DNA of 52,568 nucleotides, from NCBI GenBank assembly GCA_040222015.1, contig JAVJWO010000217.1, positions 1 to 52,568 of the forward strand, in the 5' to 3' direction. The stretch's first letter is position 1. Each line of letters starts with the position of its first letter. The notes below the pieces were generated by a model. It did no database searches and was not told the DNA's origin. It saw only the letters and a list, made by a program, of their open reading frames with translations. Below are positions 42,980-51,793 of this stretch, one piece after another. Both the position numbers and the translations under genes were made by a program. The stretch is from Coleofasciculus chthonoplastes F2-STO-03 (GTDB taxonomy: Bacteria; Cyanobacteriota; Cyanobacteriia; Cyanobacteriales; Coleofasciculaceae).

Positions 42980-43209
42980 GCATTAATGTCACGGGCAAAA
43001 TCGAACACAAGGATATTGGCATGGGGGCTTGGGCTTTAGTTGCCGATTCTGGAGAAACCTATGAACTTCAGGATGCCCCCGATGAGTTACAGCAATCTAA
43101 CCTGAACGTGAAGGTGCAAGGAGAGGTGCGAGAGGATGTGATGACTATGGCTATGATTGGTCCAGTCCTACAAGTGCAGTCCTTTGAGGTGATATCGCAA
43201 TCGCCATAG
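42976..43209 (+). CDS. Small hypothetical protein (OB-fold-like), translationally coupled to the peptidase
   Basis: ATGA overlap with the upstream stop; G.WAL....GETYEL...V.G.VREDVMT.AMIGP pattern. Confidence 0.75.
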   Translation: MSINVTGKIEHKDIGMGAWALVADSGETYELQDAPDELQQSNLNVKVQGEVREDVMTMAMIGPVLQVQSFEVISQSP

Positions 43210-43402
43210 CGGTTAGGACGAATCTTATGGTAGAGACGTTCCGCCGGAACGTCTCTACTTGTATATCAACCTTTACGTGGATCTAAAAACTGAGTTTATT
43301 TTGATTTTTTGTAACAAAATATTAATATTTTGTTTGGTCTAGTTTCCTGTCTCTGTATAATGCTTTTGGTGAATATAAACAGTTAAATAGGATACAGAAT
43401 TT

Positions 43403-44152
43403 ATGGTGACGAGTTTGCCAAAAGATTTAGTGGATTGTTCAGAAACTTCAATTTCAAAGTCGCAGCAAGTTCTCCAGCAAAATAGCTTTATCTATGTAGA
43501 AACAGAAAACCCCAGTTTTAACTGGATAGAATGGGCTAAATTGGTCACAGGTGAGACGTTAAAACCGCAATACGGGCAAGAGATATTCTACGTCAAATGG
43601 GAATCTAAATTTGTGAACTTGTCCGACGCCCGAGGTCAACGGGTTTTGCTGCCTCACACCGAAGCCAGCGATTATCAAAACCCACCGAAATATCTAGCAC
43701 TTTGGTGCAAAAAGCAGGCAAATTGTGGGGGAGGGAAAACAAATTTAGCTTATGTAGAAGGGTTTGTCAAGACGCTTACCGAAGCAGAAAAGAAAAAACT
43801 CATGGAGACACGGCACTATTTTGGTGCCACTGGAGGTGTCCACACCCACCGCACCGAAGGCGCCATTCATCCCATCTTATCATTTTCGGGGAACAAGCCT
43901 ATTTTACGGTTGTCTTGCAACTATATTAAATACGGTGACTACAGCCCCGATCCAGAGAACCTAAAGCCCTTTACTCCCGATCCATTTTTGGCAGAAATTA
44001 CCGACCGATTTATCGACTATTACGAGCAAAATCACCTAGCAATTCGGATGGCACAATACTCCTGTTTGCTTTGGGATAATCAATGTATGGCACATGCCAG
44101 AACTACCTATAGTGATCCAACCAGAGAACTAGAACGTATTTTCTTGGGCTAA
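43403..44152 (+). CDS. TauD/TfdA (clavaminate synthase-like) Fe(II)/2-oxoglutarate dioxygenase
   Basis: LPHTEAS (HxE), PP.YLALWC...A.CGGG.T, HPIL, LLWDN..MAHAR...R.L.R motifs. Confidence 0.85.
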   Translation: MVTSLPKDLVDCSETSISKSQQVLQQNSFIYVETENPSFNWIEWAKLVTGETLKPQYGQEIFYVKWESKFVNLSDARGQRVLLPHTEASDYQNPPKYLALWCKKQANCGGGKTNLAYVEGFVKTLTEAEKKKLMETRHYFGATGGVHTHRTEGAIHPILSFSGNKPILRLSCNYIKYGDYSPDPENLKPFTPDPFLAEITDRFIDYYEQNHLAIRMAQYSCLLWDNQCMAHARTTYSDPTRELERIFLG

Positions 44153-44284
44153 TCCCCCACTGATTTTTTAGGAGGGAGAATTCCTTGTATTTTTGGGTAA
44201 TCACTTCATGGGTAAATATCAGACAACTATAGCCAACGCTTAAGAAGGCTGGCAAAACGGATAAAAAAAATTGAGAATAATCGG

Positions 44285-45544
44285 ATGAGAGTATTCAATG
44301 AATTGGAATCCAATGTACGAAGTTATAGCCGTTTATTTCCCACGGTGTTTAAAACAGCACAAGGCGCTATTTTAGAAGATAAACAAGGGTTTAAGTACAT
44401 TGACTTCCTCTGTGGAGTGGGTACACTGAATTATGGACATAATAACCCCCAACTCAAAGAACGACTGATCCGTTATCTGCAGTCTGATGGTATAATCCAT
44501 GGTCTGGATTTAGCCACGGTGGCGAAAGAGGAATTCCTCGAAACCTTTGCTGCCGTTATTCTCGAACCTAGGCAATTAAATTATAAAGTTCAGTTTCCTG
44601 GACCAACAGGAACCAATGCGGTAGAGGCGGCGCTGAAACTGGCTCGTAATATAACGGGGCGCTCAACAGTGATTGCCTTTTCCAATGGCTATCATGGCGT
44701 AACCCTGGGTTCCTTAGCCACAACCGCCAATGCTTCCCAGCGGGGTGCTTCCGGCATTCCCACCACAGGCGTAACCTTTATGCCTTATGATGAGTATTTG
44801 GGTCGAGATATTGATACAACAGAGTACCTCGATAAAGCCCTGTCTGACAAAGGTAGTGGCGTAGCCCTTCCCGCTGCCGTGATTGTGGAAACCATTCAGG
44901 GCGCTGGTGGGGTGAATGTGGCAAGATTTGAGTGGTTGCGATCGCTCGAAAAGGTCTGTCGTCAGCATGATGTTTTATTAATTGTAGACGATATCCAAGT
45001 GGGGTGTGGACGAACGGGTTCCTTTTTCAGCTTTGAAGACATTGGTATTTCCCCTGATATTGTCACCCTCTCTAAATCCTTGAGTGGTTTCGGTTTGCCG
45101 TTTTCCTTGGTACTGATTAAACCTGAATTCGATCAATGGAAACCCGGACAACATAGTGGCACATTTAGAGGACCCAACCTCGCCTTTGTCACCGCTAAAG
45201 CCGCTTTGGATATCTATTGGCAAGATGACAGTTTGTCAGCCTCGGTTAAACAAAAAGGTATCTTCATGGAATCCCGATTGCAGGAGATCGCCAAGATGAC
45301 AAAGAAAGCCGAGTTTTCGGTTAGAGGTAGGGGTATGATTCAGGGGTTAGACAGCAAAGATGGAAACCTCGCTAAAAAAATTATCCAGACAGCCTTTGCC
45401 CAGGGGCTAATCATGGAAACCGCTGGCGCACAAGGGGAGGTGATTCGCTGTCTGCCACCTTTAACTGTTTCGGAAGAGGTATTAGAGAAGGGACTAAATC
45501 TCCTGGAAAATGTCGTCAACGAAGTTGTCCAAAACGCCATCTAA
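44285..45544 (+). CDS. ectB: Diaminobutyrate--2-oxoglutarate aminotransferase (EctB-like), copy 1
   Basis: ESNVRSYSRLFPTVF, LNYGHN, YKVQFPGPTGTNAVEAALKLAR, DDIQVGCGRTG.FFSFE, SKS (PLP Lys), W.PG.HSGTFRG. Confidence 0.85.
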   Translation: MRVFNELESNVRSYSRLFPTVFKTAQGAILEDKQGFKYIDFLCGVGTLNYGHNNPQLKERLIRYLQSDGIIHGLDLATVAKEEFLETFAAVILEPRQLNYKVQFPGPTGTNAVEAALKLARNITGRSTVIAFSNGYHGVTLGSLATTANASQRGASGIPTTGVTFMPYDEYLGRDIDTTEYLDKALSDKGSGVALPAAVIVETIQGAGGVNVARFEWLRSLEKVCRQHDVLLIVDDIQVGCGRTGSFFSFEDIGISPDIVTLSKSLSGFGLPFSLVLIKPEFDQWKPGQHSGTFRGPNLAFVTAKAALDIYWQDDSLSASVKQKGIFMESRLQEIAKMTKKAEFSVRGRGMIQGLDSKDGNLAKKIIQTAFAQGLIMETAGAQGEVIRCLPPLTVSEEVLEKGLNLLENVVNEVVQNAI

Positions 45545-45621
45545 GTGGAGATCGTCATTGGTCATTTGTCATTTGTCATTTGTCTCCCACACCCTGTAGC
45601 CATTAGTCAATATTAAAATAA

Positions 45622-46587
45622 ATGCCGATGAGTGCTGTTATTGACAATTCTCCAGAAGTCCTAACTCGGATAGAACAAATTGAAACCATTTGTGGACGGG
45701 ATATCGGACATGGTATCGAACCCCTCGTGCAGGCTGCTCAAGGGAGGCTGCTGGGTGCCGCTCGCTCCATCGCTGAACATCCATCCCCCCATGTCGCAAT
45801 TATCACAGGATTTTTTATTCCCCATGGCACTCCTCCGGCTGCGGAAAATGATGGTCCCATCGGTTGCGCTCACCTAGCGGCGGGACTTCAAAGAGTTGGA
45901 GTACCGGTGCGTCTGGTTACCGATCCTTTATGTCTCAATGCTGTCCAAACGGCGGCGAGGGCAGCGGGAATACCGGCTAACCTGCCTTATGATTTTGTTC
46001 CTGTGGATGCGGCTAGCGCTGAAGATCCCTCAGTTTCTTCTATTGTCAAGTTATGGCGAAGTAGCGAACCACCGGTTTCCCATGTTATCTCCATTGAAAG
46101 AGCCGGTCCAAGTTCTGATGGTACGGTTCGCAATGTAAATGGGGATGATATTACCGCTCATACCGCTCCGTTGCATCTGTTATTTACCCTCAATGACATT
46201 ATCTCCATCGGCATTGGTGATTTGGGCAATGAACTCGGTATGGCAACCCTTTCTCACGAGCTAATTGCTAAAACGATTAAGCATGGAGAACGAATTGCCT
46301 GTGATATTCCTTGCGATTACCCAATCATGTGCGGAGTATCAAACTGGGGAGCCATTGGGTTACTCATTGCCCTGGCTTTGCTGCGTTATGACTGGAAATC
46401 TAAGTTAACTGAGGGACTCACATTAGACATCGATAAACATATTTTGACGACTCTTGTCAATGAGGAAGCCGCCATAGATGGCGATACGGGATTGCCAGGT
46501 TTTACCATAGAGACTTTTCCTTGGGAATTTCATGGCAACGTGTTGACAGAACTTTTAGCCGCCGCCGGTTTGAGCGAGTCAGCTTGA
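45622..46587 (+). CDS. D-glutamate cyclase-like protein (DUF4392)
   Basis: TGF, ENDGPIG, SIERAG, GIGDLGNELGM, VSNWG and DG motifs. Confidence 0.8.
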   Translation: MPMSAVIDNSPEVLTRIEQIETICGRDIGHGIEPLVQAAQGRLLGAARSIAEHPSPHVAIITGFFIPHGTPPAAENDGPIGCAHLAAGLQRVGVPVRLVTDPLCLNAVQTAARAAGIPANLPYDFVPVDAASAEDPSVSSIVKLWRSSEPPVSHVISIERAGPSSDGTVRNVNGDDITAHTAPLHLLFTLNDIISIGIGDLGNELGMATLSHELIAKTIKHGERIACDIPCDYPIMCGVSNWGAIGLLIALALLRYDWKSKLTEGLTLDIDKHILTTLVNEEAAIDGDTGLPGFTIETFPWEFHGNVLTELLAAAGLSESA

Positions 46588-47832
46588 GAGCGCCGCCGCG
46601 ATACTTTTATCTAAAATATCTAACCCCTGGTTCAACGTGTCAAAATCAATCGTTAGGGTAGACTGAAGATTAATCACTTCTTTGTCCACACCCATGGGTT
46701 CAAAGATTAAACCCCGTTGGAACGCTTCATGACTAACTTTTTTCGCTAATCCAGGTAGCTTGCAGGCGATTCCTTGAATCAAACCCAGTCCTCGATGTGC
46801 GCCGCCGAGTTCGGGATAATCAGCAATCATCTCTTGGAGTCGCTGCTTCATGACTTCACCTTTTTCGACGATTTCCTGGGAAAAAGCATCGGTTTTCCAG
46901 TATTCTTCCAAAGCCGCCGTCGCAGTAACAAAGGCGAGATTATTACCTCGGAACGTGCCGCTATGTTCTCCAGGTTTCCAGCCGTCTAAATCCGGTCGAA
47001 TCAACACCACAGCCATCGGATTTCCATAAGCACTTAAGGATTTAGCCAGACAAACCAGATCAGGTTTTAACCCGGCTCGCTCAAAGCTAAAGAACGGACC
47101 GGTTCGACCACACCCAACTTTGATATCATCAACAATGAGCAAAATTCCTTGCCCTTGAGTAATCTGGGTAAGACGCTTGAGCCAAGGCACACTCGCAACA
47201 TTAATTCCGCCTTCAGATTGAACAGTTTCTAGGATAACGGCGGCGGGTTTTTCCTGATTTTGGCTCAAGTCATCGATCAGTTTTTCCAACTGATTAAGAC
47301 TATCGTCTTTGCTGCCAGATTGCTCCTCGAAGGGAACCGTTAAAACATTACCAAGGGGAATCCCGGCGGCTTTTTGATAGACTGGATTCGGGGTTACTGC
47401 TAGAGCGCCTAAGGTATGACCGTGGTATCCTTTCGTGAAACAGATAACGGTTTTTCGACCTGTCACTTTACGGGCAAGCTTCAACGCGGCTTCGGCTGAA
47501 TTGGTTCCCGTAGGACCGGTAAACATAACCTTATAGTTGAGTCCTCGCGGTATTAAGATTATCTCCTCGAAACATTCGAGAAACCTCCCCTTTGCAGCGG
47601 TGAACATATCAAGGCTATGAGTTATGGCATCTGACTCAATGTATTCTAGGAGGGGCTTTTTGAGTTTGGGATTATTATGTCCATAGTTGAGAGCACCAGC
47701 ACCTGCCAAGAAGTCTATGTAGGTGCGCCCGTTCTCATCGATTAAATGATCTCCCACTGCCTTGGTAAAGACGGTGGGAAATAATCGACAGTAGCTGCGG
47801 ACTTCCGACTCAATTCTTGTAAAAATGCTCAT
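46579..47832 (-). CDS. ectB: EctB-like class III aminotransferase, copy 2 (divergent active-site motifs)
   Basis: ESEVRSYCRLFPTVF, GAGALNYGHN, GPTGTNSAEAALKLARK, DDIKVGCGRTG, AKS, WKPGEHSGTFRGNNLAFV. Confidence 0.8.
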   Translation of the reverse strand: MSIFTRIESEVRSYCRLFPTVFTKAVGDHLIDENGRTYIDFLAGAGALNYGHNNPKLKKPLLEYIESDAITHSLDMFTAAKGRFLECFEEIILIPRGLNYKVMFTGPTGTNSAEAALKLARKVTGRKTVICFTKGYHGHTLGALAVTPNPVYQKAAGIPLGNVLTVPFEEQSGSKDDSLNQLEKLIDDLSQNQEKPAAVILETVQSEGGINVASVPWLKRLTQITQGQGILLIVDDIKVGCGRTGPFFSFERAGLKPDLVCLAKSLSAYGNPMAVVLIRPDLDGWKPGEHSGTFRGNNLAFVTATAALEEYWKTDAFSQEIVEKGEVMKQRLQEMIADYPELGGAHRGLGLIQGIACKLPGLAKKVSHEAFQRGLIFEPMGVDKEVINLQSTLTIDFDTLNQGLDILDKSIAAALSS

Positions 47833-47993
47833 GTTCTTAACCTTTTGCTAGTATCTTCAAACCATGGAATAGCGATCGCATTGGATTCACTTAAGTTTAT
47901 AAAATGTAATGTCTACTTAACGAGTCCCAGAATCCAGAATACATTGTATGCTTTTTAGGGTAAATAGCCTAAATTAAATCAGCATAGGAAACC

Positions 47994-48806
47994 ATGACAC
48001 CAAGTCGATTTACAGAATCTGACACCGAGGCGTTGTTTGATGATCAGGAACGAGACAAACGTTTCCGTAACTTCTGGAACCCAGAAGGGAGTCTCCACTG
48101 GGGCTATTTCAACAACTTAGCCGAGGCTCAGGCTGAGGACTTTGTACCCGCCTGCAAGCGCTGGGATGAATATATGTTGGAACAAAGCGGTATTACTGCC
48201 GAGTCTCGGGTGCTAGAAGTTGCTTGTGGAAATGGCAACGCAGCTATCTGGCTGGCTCAACAGACAGGATGTGAGGTCGTCGGTATCGATCTCAGTGGCA
48301 ATTATATCGACAATGCTCGACGCAAGGCTAGTAATTTTCCGTCTCTGCGCCTGAACTTCCAAAAGAAATCAGCCACTAATCTGCCTTTTCCAGATGGTTT
48401 CTTTACCCATGCCTGGAGTCAAGGCGCTCTGTACCACATCCCTGAACTAAAGAAGGCTCTGGCGGAGGCTTACCGTGTTCTCAAAGAAGGAGGTATTTTC
48501 TTGTTTGATGATTTGGTCACGCCAGTCAAGGAAGTCAGCGCGGCTACCCGCAAATACGTTTATGATCGACTGCTGTTTGAGCCGACATTTAGCCGCGAAT
48601 CCTATGCCGAAAACCTCACTGAGCTAGGATTTAACGTGTTGCAGGTCAAGGATTTAAGTGAACATTTGGAAAAGAGCTACAAATTGGTGTCCGAGCTGGC
48701 TCAGGAGCAATATCCAGATTTGAGCGCTGCTTTTCAGAAAACCCAAGAGGCAATCGCCGCAGGTGAATTAGGCTGGTGCTTCTACCTCTGTGAAAAGCCA
48801 GGTTAG
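47994..48806 (+). CDS. Class I SAM-dependent methyltransferase (sarcosine/dimethylglycine or sterol/tocopherol MT-like)
   Basis: LHWGYF, VLEVACGNG, VVGIDLS, LPFPDGFF...WSQGALYH, RVLK.GG motifs; AGGA RBS. Confidence 0.85.
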   Translation: MTPSRFTESDTEALFDDQERDKRFRNFWNPEGSLHWGYFNNLAEAQAEDFVPACKRWDEYMLEQSGITAESRVLEVACGNGNAAIWLAQQTGCEVVGIDLSGNYIDNARRKASNFPSLRLNFQKKSATNLPFPDGFFTHAWSQGALYHIPELKKALAEAYRVLKEGGIFLFDDLVTPVKEVSAATRKYVYDRLLFEPTFSRESYAENLTELGFNVLQVKDLSEHLEKSYKLVSELAQEQYPDLSAAFQKTQEAIAAGELGWCFYLCEKPG

Positions 48807-48986
48807 CCAGCCGCAAGAAAATCAAGACATCTAAGACTTTCTTTAACTCTTATGAATTATGAATTAGAAACGTTACTTTTTAATCCATAATTCATGTTTT
48901 TTTTCGACAACTCAAGAAGGTAACAGGCAACAAGGATATCGAGTTGACTATGCTCAAAGATAATGCCAATCAAAATTGAGCGATCG

Positions 48987-49553
48987 CTAAAAATCCCACT
49001 CTTCAAACAGTTCAGCAACCGACATGGAAAAGCCAGGAACGATCGCGTCACCCTCTAGGGCGTCTTGAGGACGAAGTAAGCGATCGGGTTCGGGCGAATG
49101 GTAAACCAGAACATATTTTTCATCAGGGTGAATCACCCAAACTAAGCGAGTATCGTTGTCAAAATATTCCACAATCTTGTCGTGGATTTCTTCAACGGTG
49201 TTGCTGGGAGAGAGAATTTCTACCGCCAGATCAGGAGAACCTTGAAAGAACCCACGAGGGGGACGATTGAAACCCTTGAGCCGTTCTTTAGAGACAAAAG
49301 AGACGTCAGGCGATCGCTTGTTGCCGTTCTTTAAGGTAAACGCTGTACTAGAATCACAAACCGTTCCTAATTTGTGTTGCCGAACATAGATTGCCAGAAG
49401 CCCCCCCAGAAATGAGCCAATTCCGCCATGCTCCATCCCTGAATTGCCCATATTCACAAGCTCCCCGTTTACTAACTCATAACAATGCCCATCTTTGGAC
49501 AGTGCCATAAATTCCTCATCTGTCCAAACTTTTTTCTCAGTGGAGATTGTCAT
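48987..49553 (-). CDS. Uma2 family (DUF820) putative endonuclease
   Basis: YELVNGEL, RSPDVSFV, PDLAVEILSPS, LVWVIHP, VPGF motifs. Confidence 0.9.
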   Translation of the reverse strand: MTISTEKKVWTDEEFMALSKDGHCYELVNGELVNMGNSGMEHGGIGSFLGGLLAIYVRQHKLGTVCDSSTAFTLKNGNKRSPDVSFVSKERLKGFNRPPRGFFQGSPDLAVEILSPSNTVEEIHDKIVEYFDNDTRLVWVIHPDEKYVLVYHSPEPDRLLRPQDALEGDAIVPGFSMSVAELFEEWDF

Positions 49554-49728
49554 AGCCCAAGCTTCCTCTCGATTTTCCGGAATCGCTACTTCTAGTTTGA
49601 CACGTTACATGACGGGGAAAAAAGACACATCATTTAGGTAGAGACGTTCCGGCGGAACGTCTGGAACAACAGTTCTTTTGTCCTAATAGATGTGTCTACT
49701 GCTATAACCAACACTACCGGATTAACTA

Positions 49729-50523
49729 TTATTGAGCAGAGGGATAGATGGATTTAGCAATGAATACAGGCTTATTCTCGTATTCGGCTTCTAGTTGACG
49801 TTTAACATCCAAATCCCAGGTTAACTCATAATCCCGCTCAAATTCAGCCGCGATAAAGGGACGTATCTCACCCGTTACGACAACATCTTCACCTTCGACC
49901 ATAGTTCTCTCCGGTGCGACTAAGGTGAAGACTAACAAGTCACCGCCACCGACTAACTGATCTTCATCGAGGGTAAAGGTATTGTTACTCATAATTTCTT
50001 CCACTTCACCCTCTACAGCCACGGTTTGATTGTAGAATTGGCTAGGATCTTCGGTAATTTCTCCTGGTTTGGGTGCAAGTGCCAGTGATTCAGCGACAAT
50101 AGCAGGCTTTTGTTCGTAGTCGGTATCGAATTGGAAGTCTAAGTCGAATTCTTCCTCAAACTCCACCAGATTAAACTGACGCACTTCACCGGTGACTTGG
50201 ACTTCAACATCCTCCTCTTCTGGCAGCATAAAGGGTTCGCCTGAGGTATTGACCACGATAATTTCATCACCGAACAACTCATCCTCTGAGATGGTAAAGG
50301 TGACATTATCCAGAACATCTCTCACTTCGCCTCTGATAGACACGCTTTGACCGATAAGTTGTTCGGTGTTCTCCTCGACTTCCTCAGCCGTTACGTTTTC
50401 TTCCTCTTGTCCTGCGGTGACAACGTCTTGGGTAGTGTCGGCGCAGGAGGGAAGTAGCACCGCCATTAGCGCTAAGGCGATCGCACTGGCAGGTAAGCTT
50501 TTACAATAGTGTTTAATCAACAT
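49729..50523 (-). CDS. Acidic lipoprotein with an internally duplicated OB-fold-like domain
   Basis: Signal peptide ending LPSC; two similar halves (Q.V...GEV......FT..ED.L.G ... V.VTGE.R.F...EFE). Confidence 0.7.
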   Translation of the reverse strand: MLIKHYCKSLPASAIALALMAVLLPSCADTTQDVVTAGQEEENVTAEEVEENTEQLIGQSVSIRGEVRDVLDNVTFTISEDELFGDEIIVVNTSGEPFMLPEEEDVEVQVTGEVRQFNLVEFEEEFDLDFQFDTDYEQKPAIVAESLALAPKPGEITEDPSQFYNQTVAVEGEVEEIMSNNTFTLDEDQLVGGGDLLVFTLVAPERTMVEGEDVVVTGEIRPFIAAEFERDYELTWDLDVKRQLEAEYENKPVFIAKSIYPSAQ

Positions 50524-50663
50524 GTATGAATGTCCTCTCTCAATAGTTAGCAAATCTTAGAAGTTCGCGCTTCCACCCATCATTCAAAGGCAATTTAGCC
50601 GCGATCGCATCCTTCTGGTGGAGTAGCAATCAACTCTATCCCATGGAGGATTTTGGCGAATAT

Positions 50664-50746
50664 GGAGCTGGGGGAGCTGGGGGAGCTGGGGAAGCTGGGG
50701 GAGCTGGGGGAGCTGGGGTTGTAGAGACGTGCCATGGCACGTCTGG
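50664..50746. repeat. (GGAGCTGGG)n nonamer repeat plus gtagagacg palindrome
   Basis: Read directly. Confidence 0.85.
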
Positions 50747-50821
50747 GAGTTGGGGGAGATATTGATAAAAAAATGATCTAAACTGCTTGGGATATCTTAA
50801 TTGGTCTTCCAGTTCCTGTCG

Positions 50822-51721
50822 ATGGTACAAGAAAACGATCACGATTTAATCCGGGAAGCCGAAGCAACCCGTGTGCAGATACTCAGTGAAGCCTTACCTT
50901 ACATCCAGCAGTTTGCTGGGAGGACGGTTGTGGTTAAGTATGGGGGGGCGGCGATGAAGGATAGCAACCTCAAAGATAAAGTAATTCGGGATGTTGTCTT
51001 CTTATCCTGTGTCGGCGTTCGTCCCGTTGTGGTTCACGGCGGTGGTCCAGAAATTAATAGCTGGTTGGATAAGCTGGGGATTGAACCGCAGTTTAAGGAT
51101 GGGTTGCGGGTAACGGATGCACCCACGATGGATGTTGTGGAAATGGTTCTCGTGGGTCGAGTGAATAAAGAGTTAGTCTCTCTGATTAACCAGGCTGGCG
51201 GGTTAGCTGTGGGACTTTGCGGTAAAGACGGGAATTTAATCAAAGCCCGTCCAGAAGGGCGCAAGGGGATTGGCTTTGTTGGAGAAGTCAGCAGTGTGGA
51301 TATTAAACTGGTGGACTCCTTGGTCAAAAGTGGCTACATTCCAGTTGTGTCAAGTGTTTCAGCGGATGAATCAGGTCAAGCCTATAATATCAACGCTGAT
51401 ACCGTTGCTGGCGAAATTGCTGCCGCTTTGGGAGCCGAAAAGTTAATTCTGCTCACTGATACTCCTGGGATTTTGGAGGATTACCAAGACCTCTCCACTC
51501 TAATGGCTAAGCTGGATATCCAACAAGCACGAGGTTTAATTGCATCGGGTGTTGTGGCTGGCGGTATGATACCTAAGGTCAACTGTTGTGTGCGATCGCT
51601 AGCTCAGGGGGTACGGGCGGCTCATATTATTGATGGTCGAATTCCCCACGCTTTACTTTTAGAAATTTTTACCAAGAAAGGAATTGGTTCTATGATTGTG
51701 GCATCTGAATTTACGACTTAG
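50822..51721 (+). CDS. argB: Acetylglutamate kinase
   Basis: [37 protein letters not shown] motifs. Confidence 0.96.
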   Translation: MVQENDHDLIREAEATRVQILSEALPYIQQFAGRTVVVKYGGAAMKDSNLKDKVIRDVVFLSCVGVRPVVVHGGGPEINSWLDKLGIEPQFKDGLRVTDAPTMDVVEMVLVGRVNKELVSLINQAGGLAVGLCGKDGNLIKARPEGRKGIGFVGEVSSVDIKLVDSLVKSGYIPVVSSVSADESGQAYNINADTVAGEIAAALGAEKLILLTDTPGILEDYQDLSTLMAKLDIQQARGLIASGVVAGGMIPKVNCCVRSLAQGVRAAHIIDGRIPHALLLEIFTKKGIGSMIVASEFTT

Positions 51722-51793
51722 CCCATTGGTTCATGGTTCATCGCCCATCGTTCATTGCAATGAACCATGAACAACGAACGATGAACGTTAAAT

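Noticed and set aside
47833..47993. NtcA binding site in the divergent spacer
   Set aside because: No exact GTA-N8-TAC match found by eye.
43403..48806. Canonical ectoine/hydroxyectoine operon or DAB-based siderophore cluster
   Set aside because: No ectA, ectC or EctD signature; no DAB decarboxylase, IucA/C synthetase or NRPS in the window.
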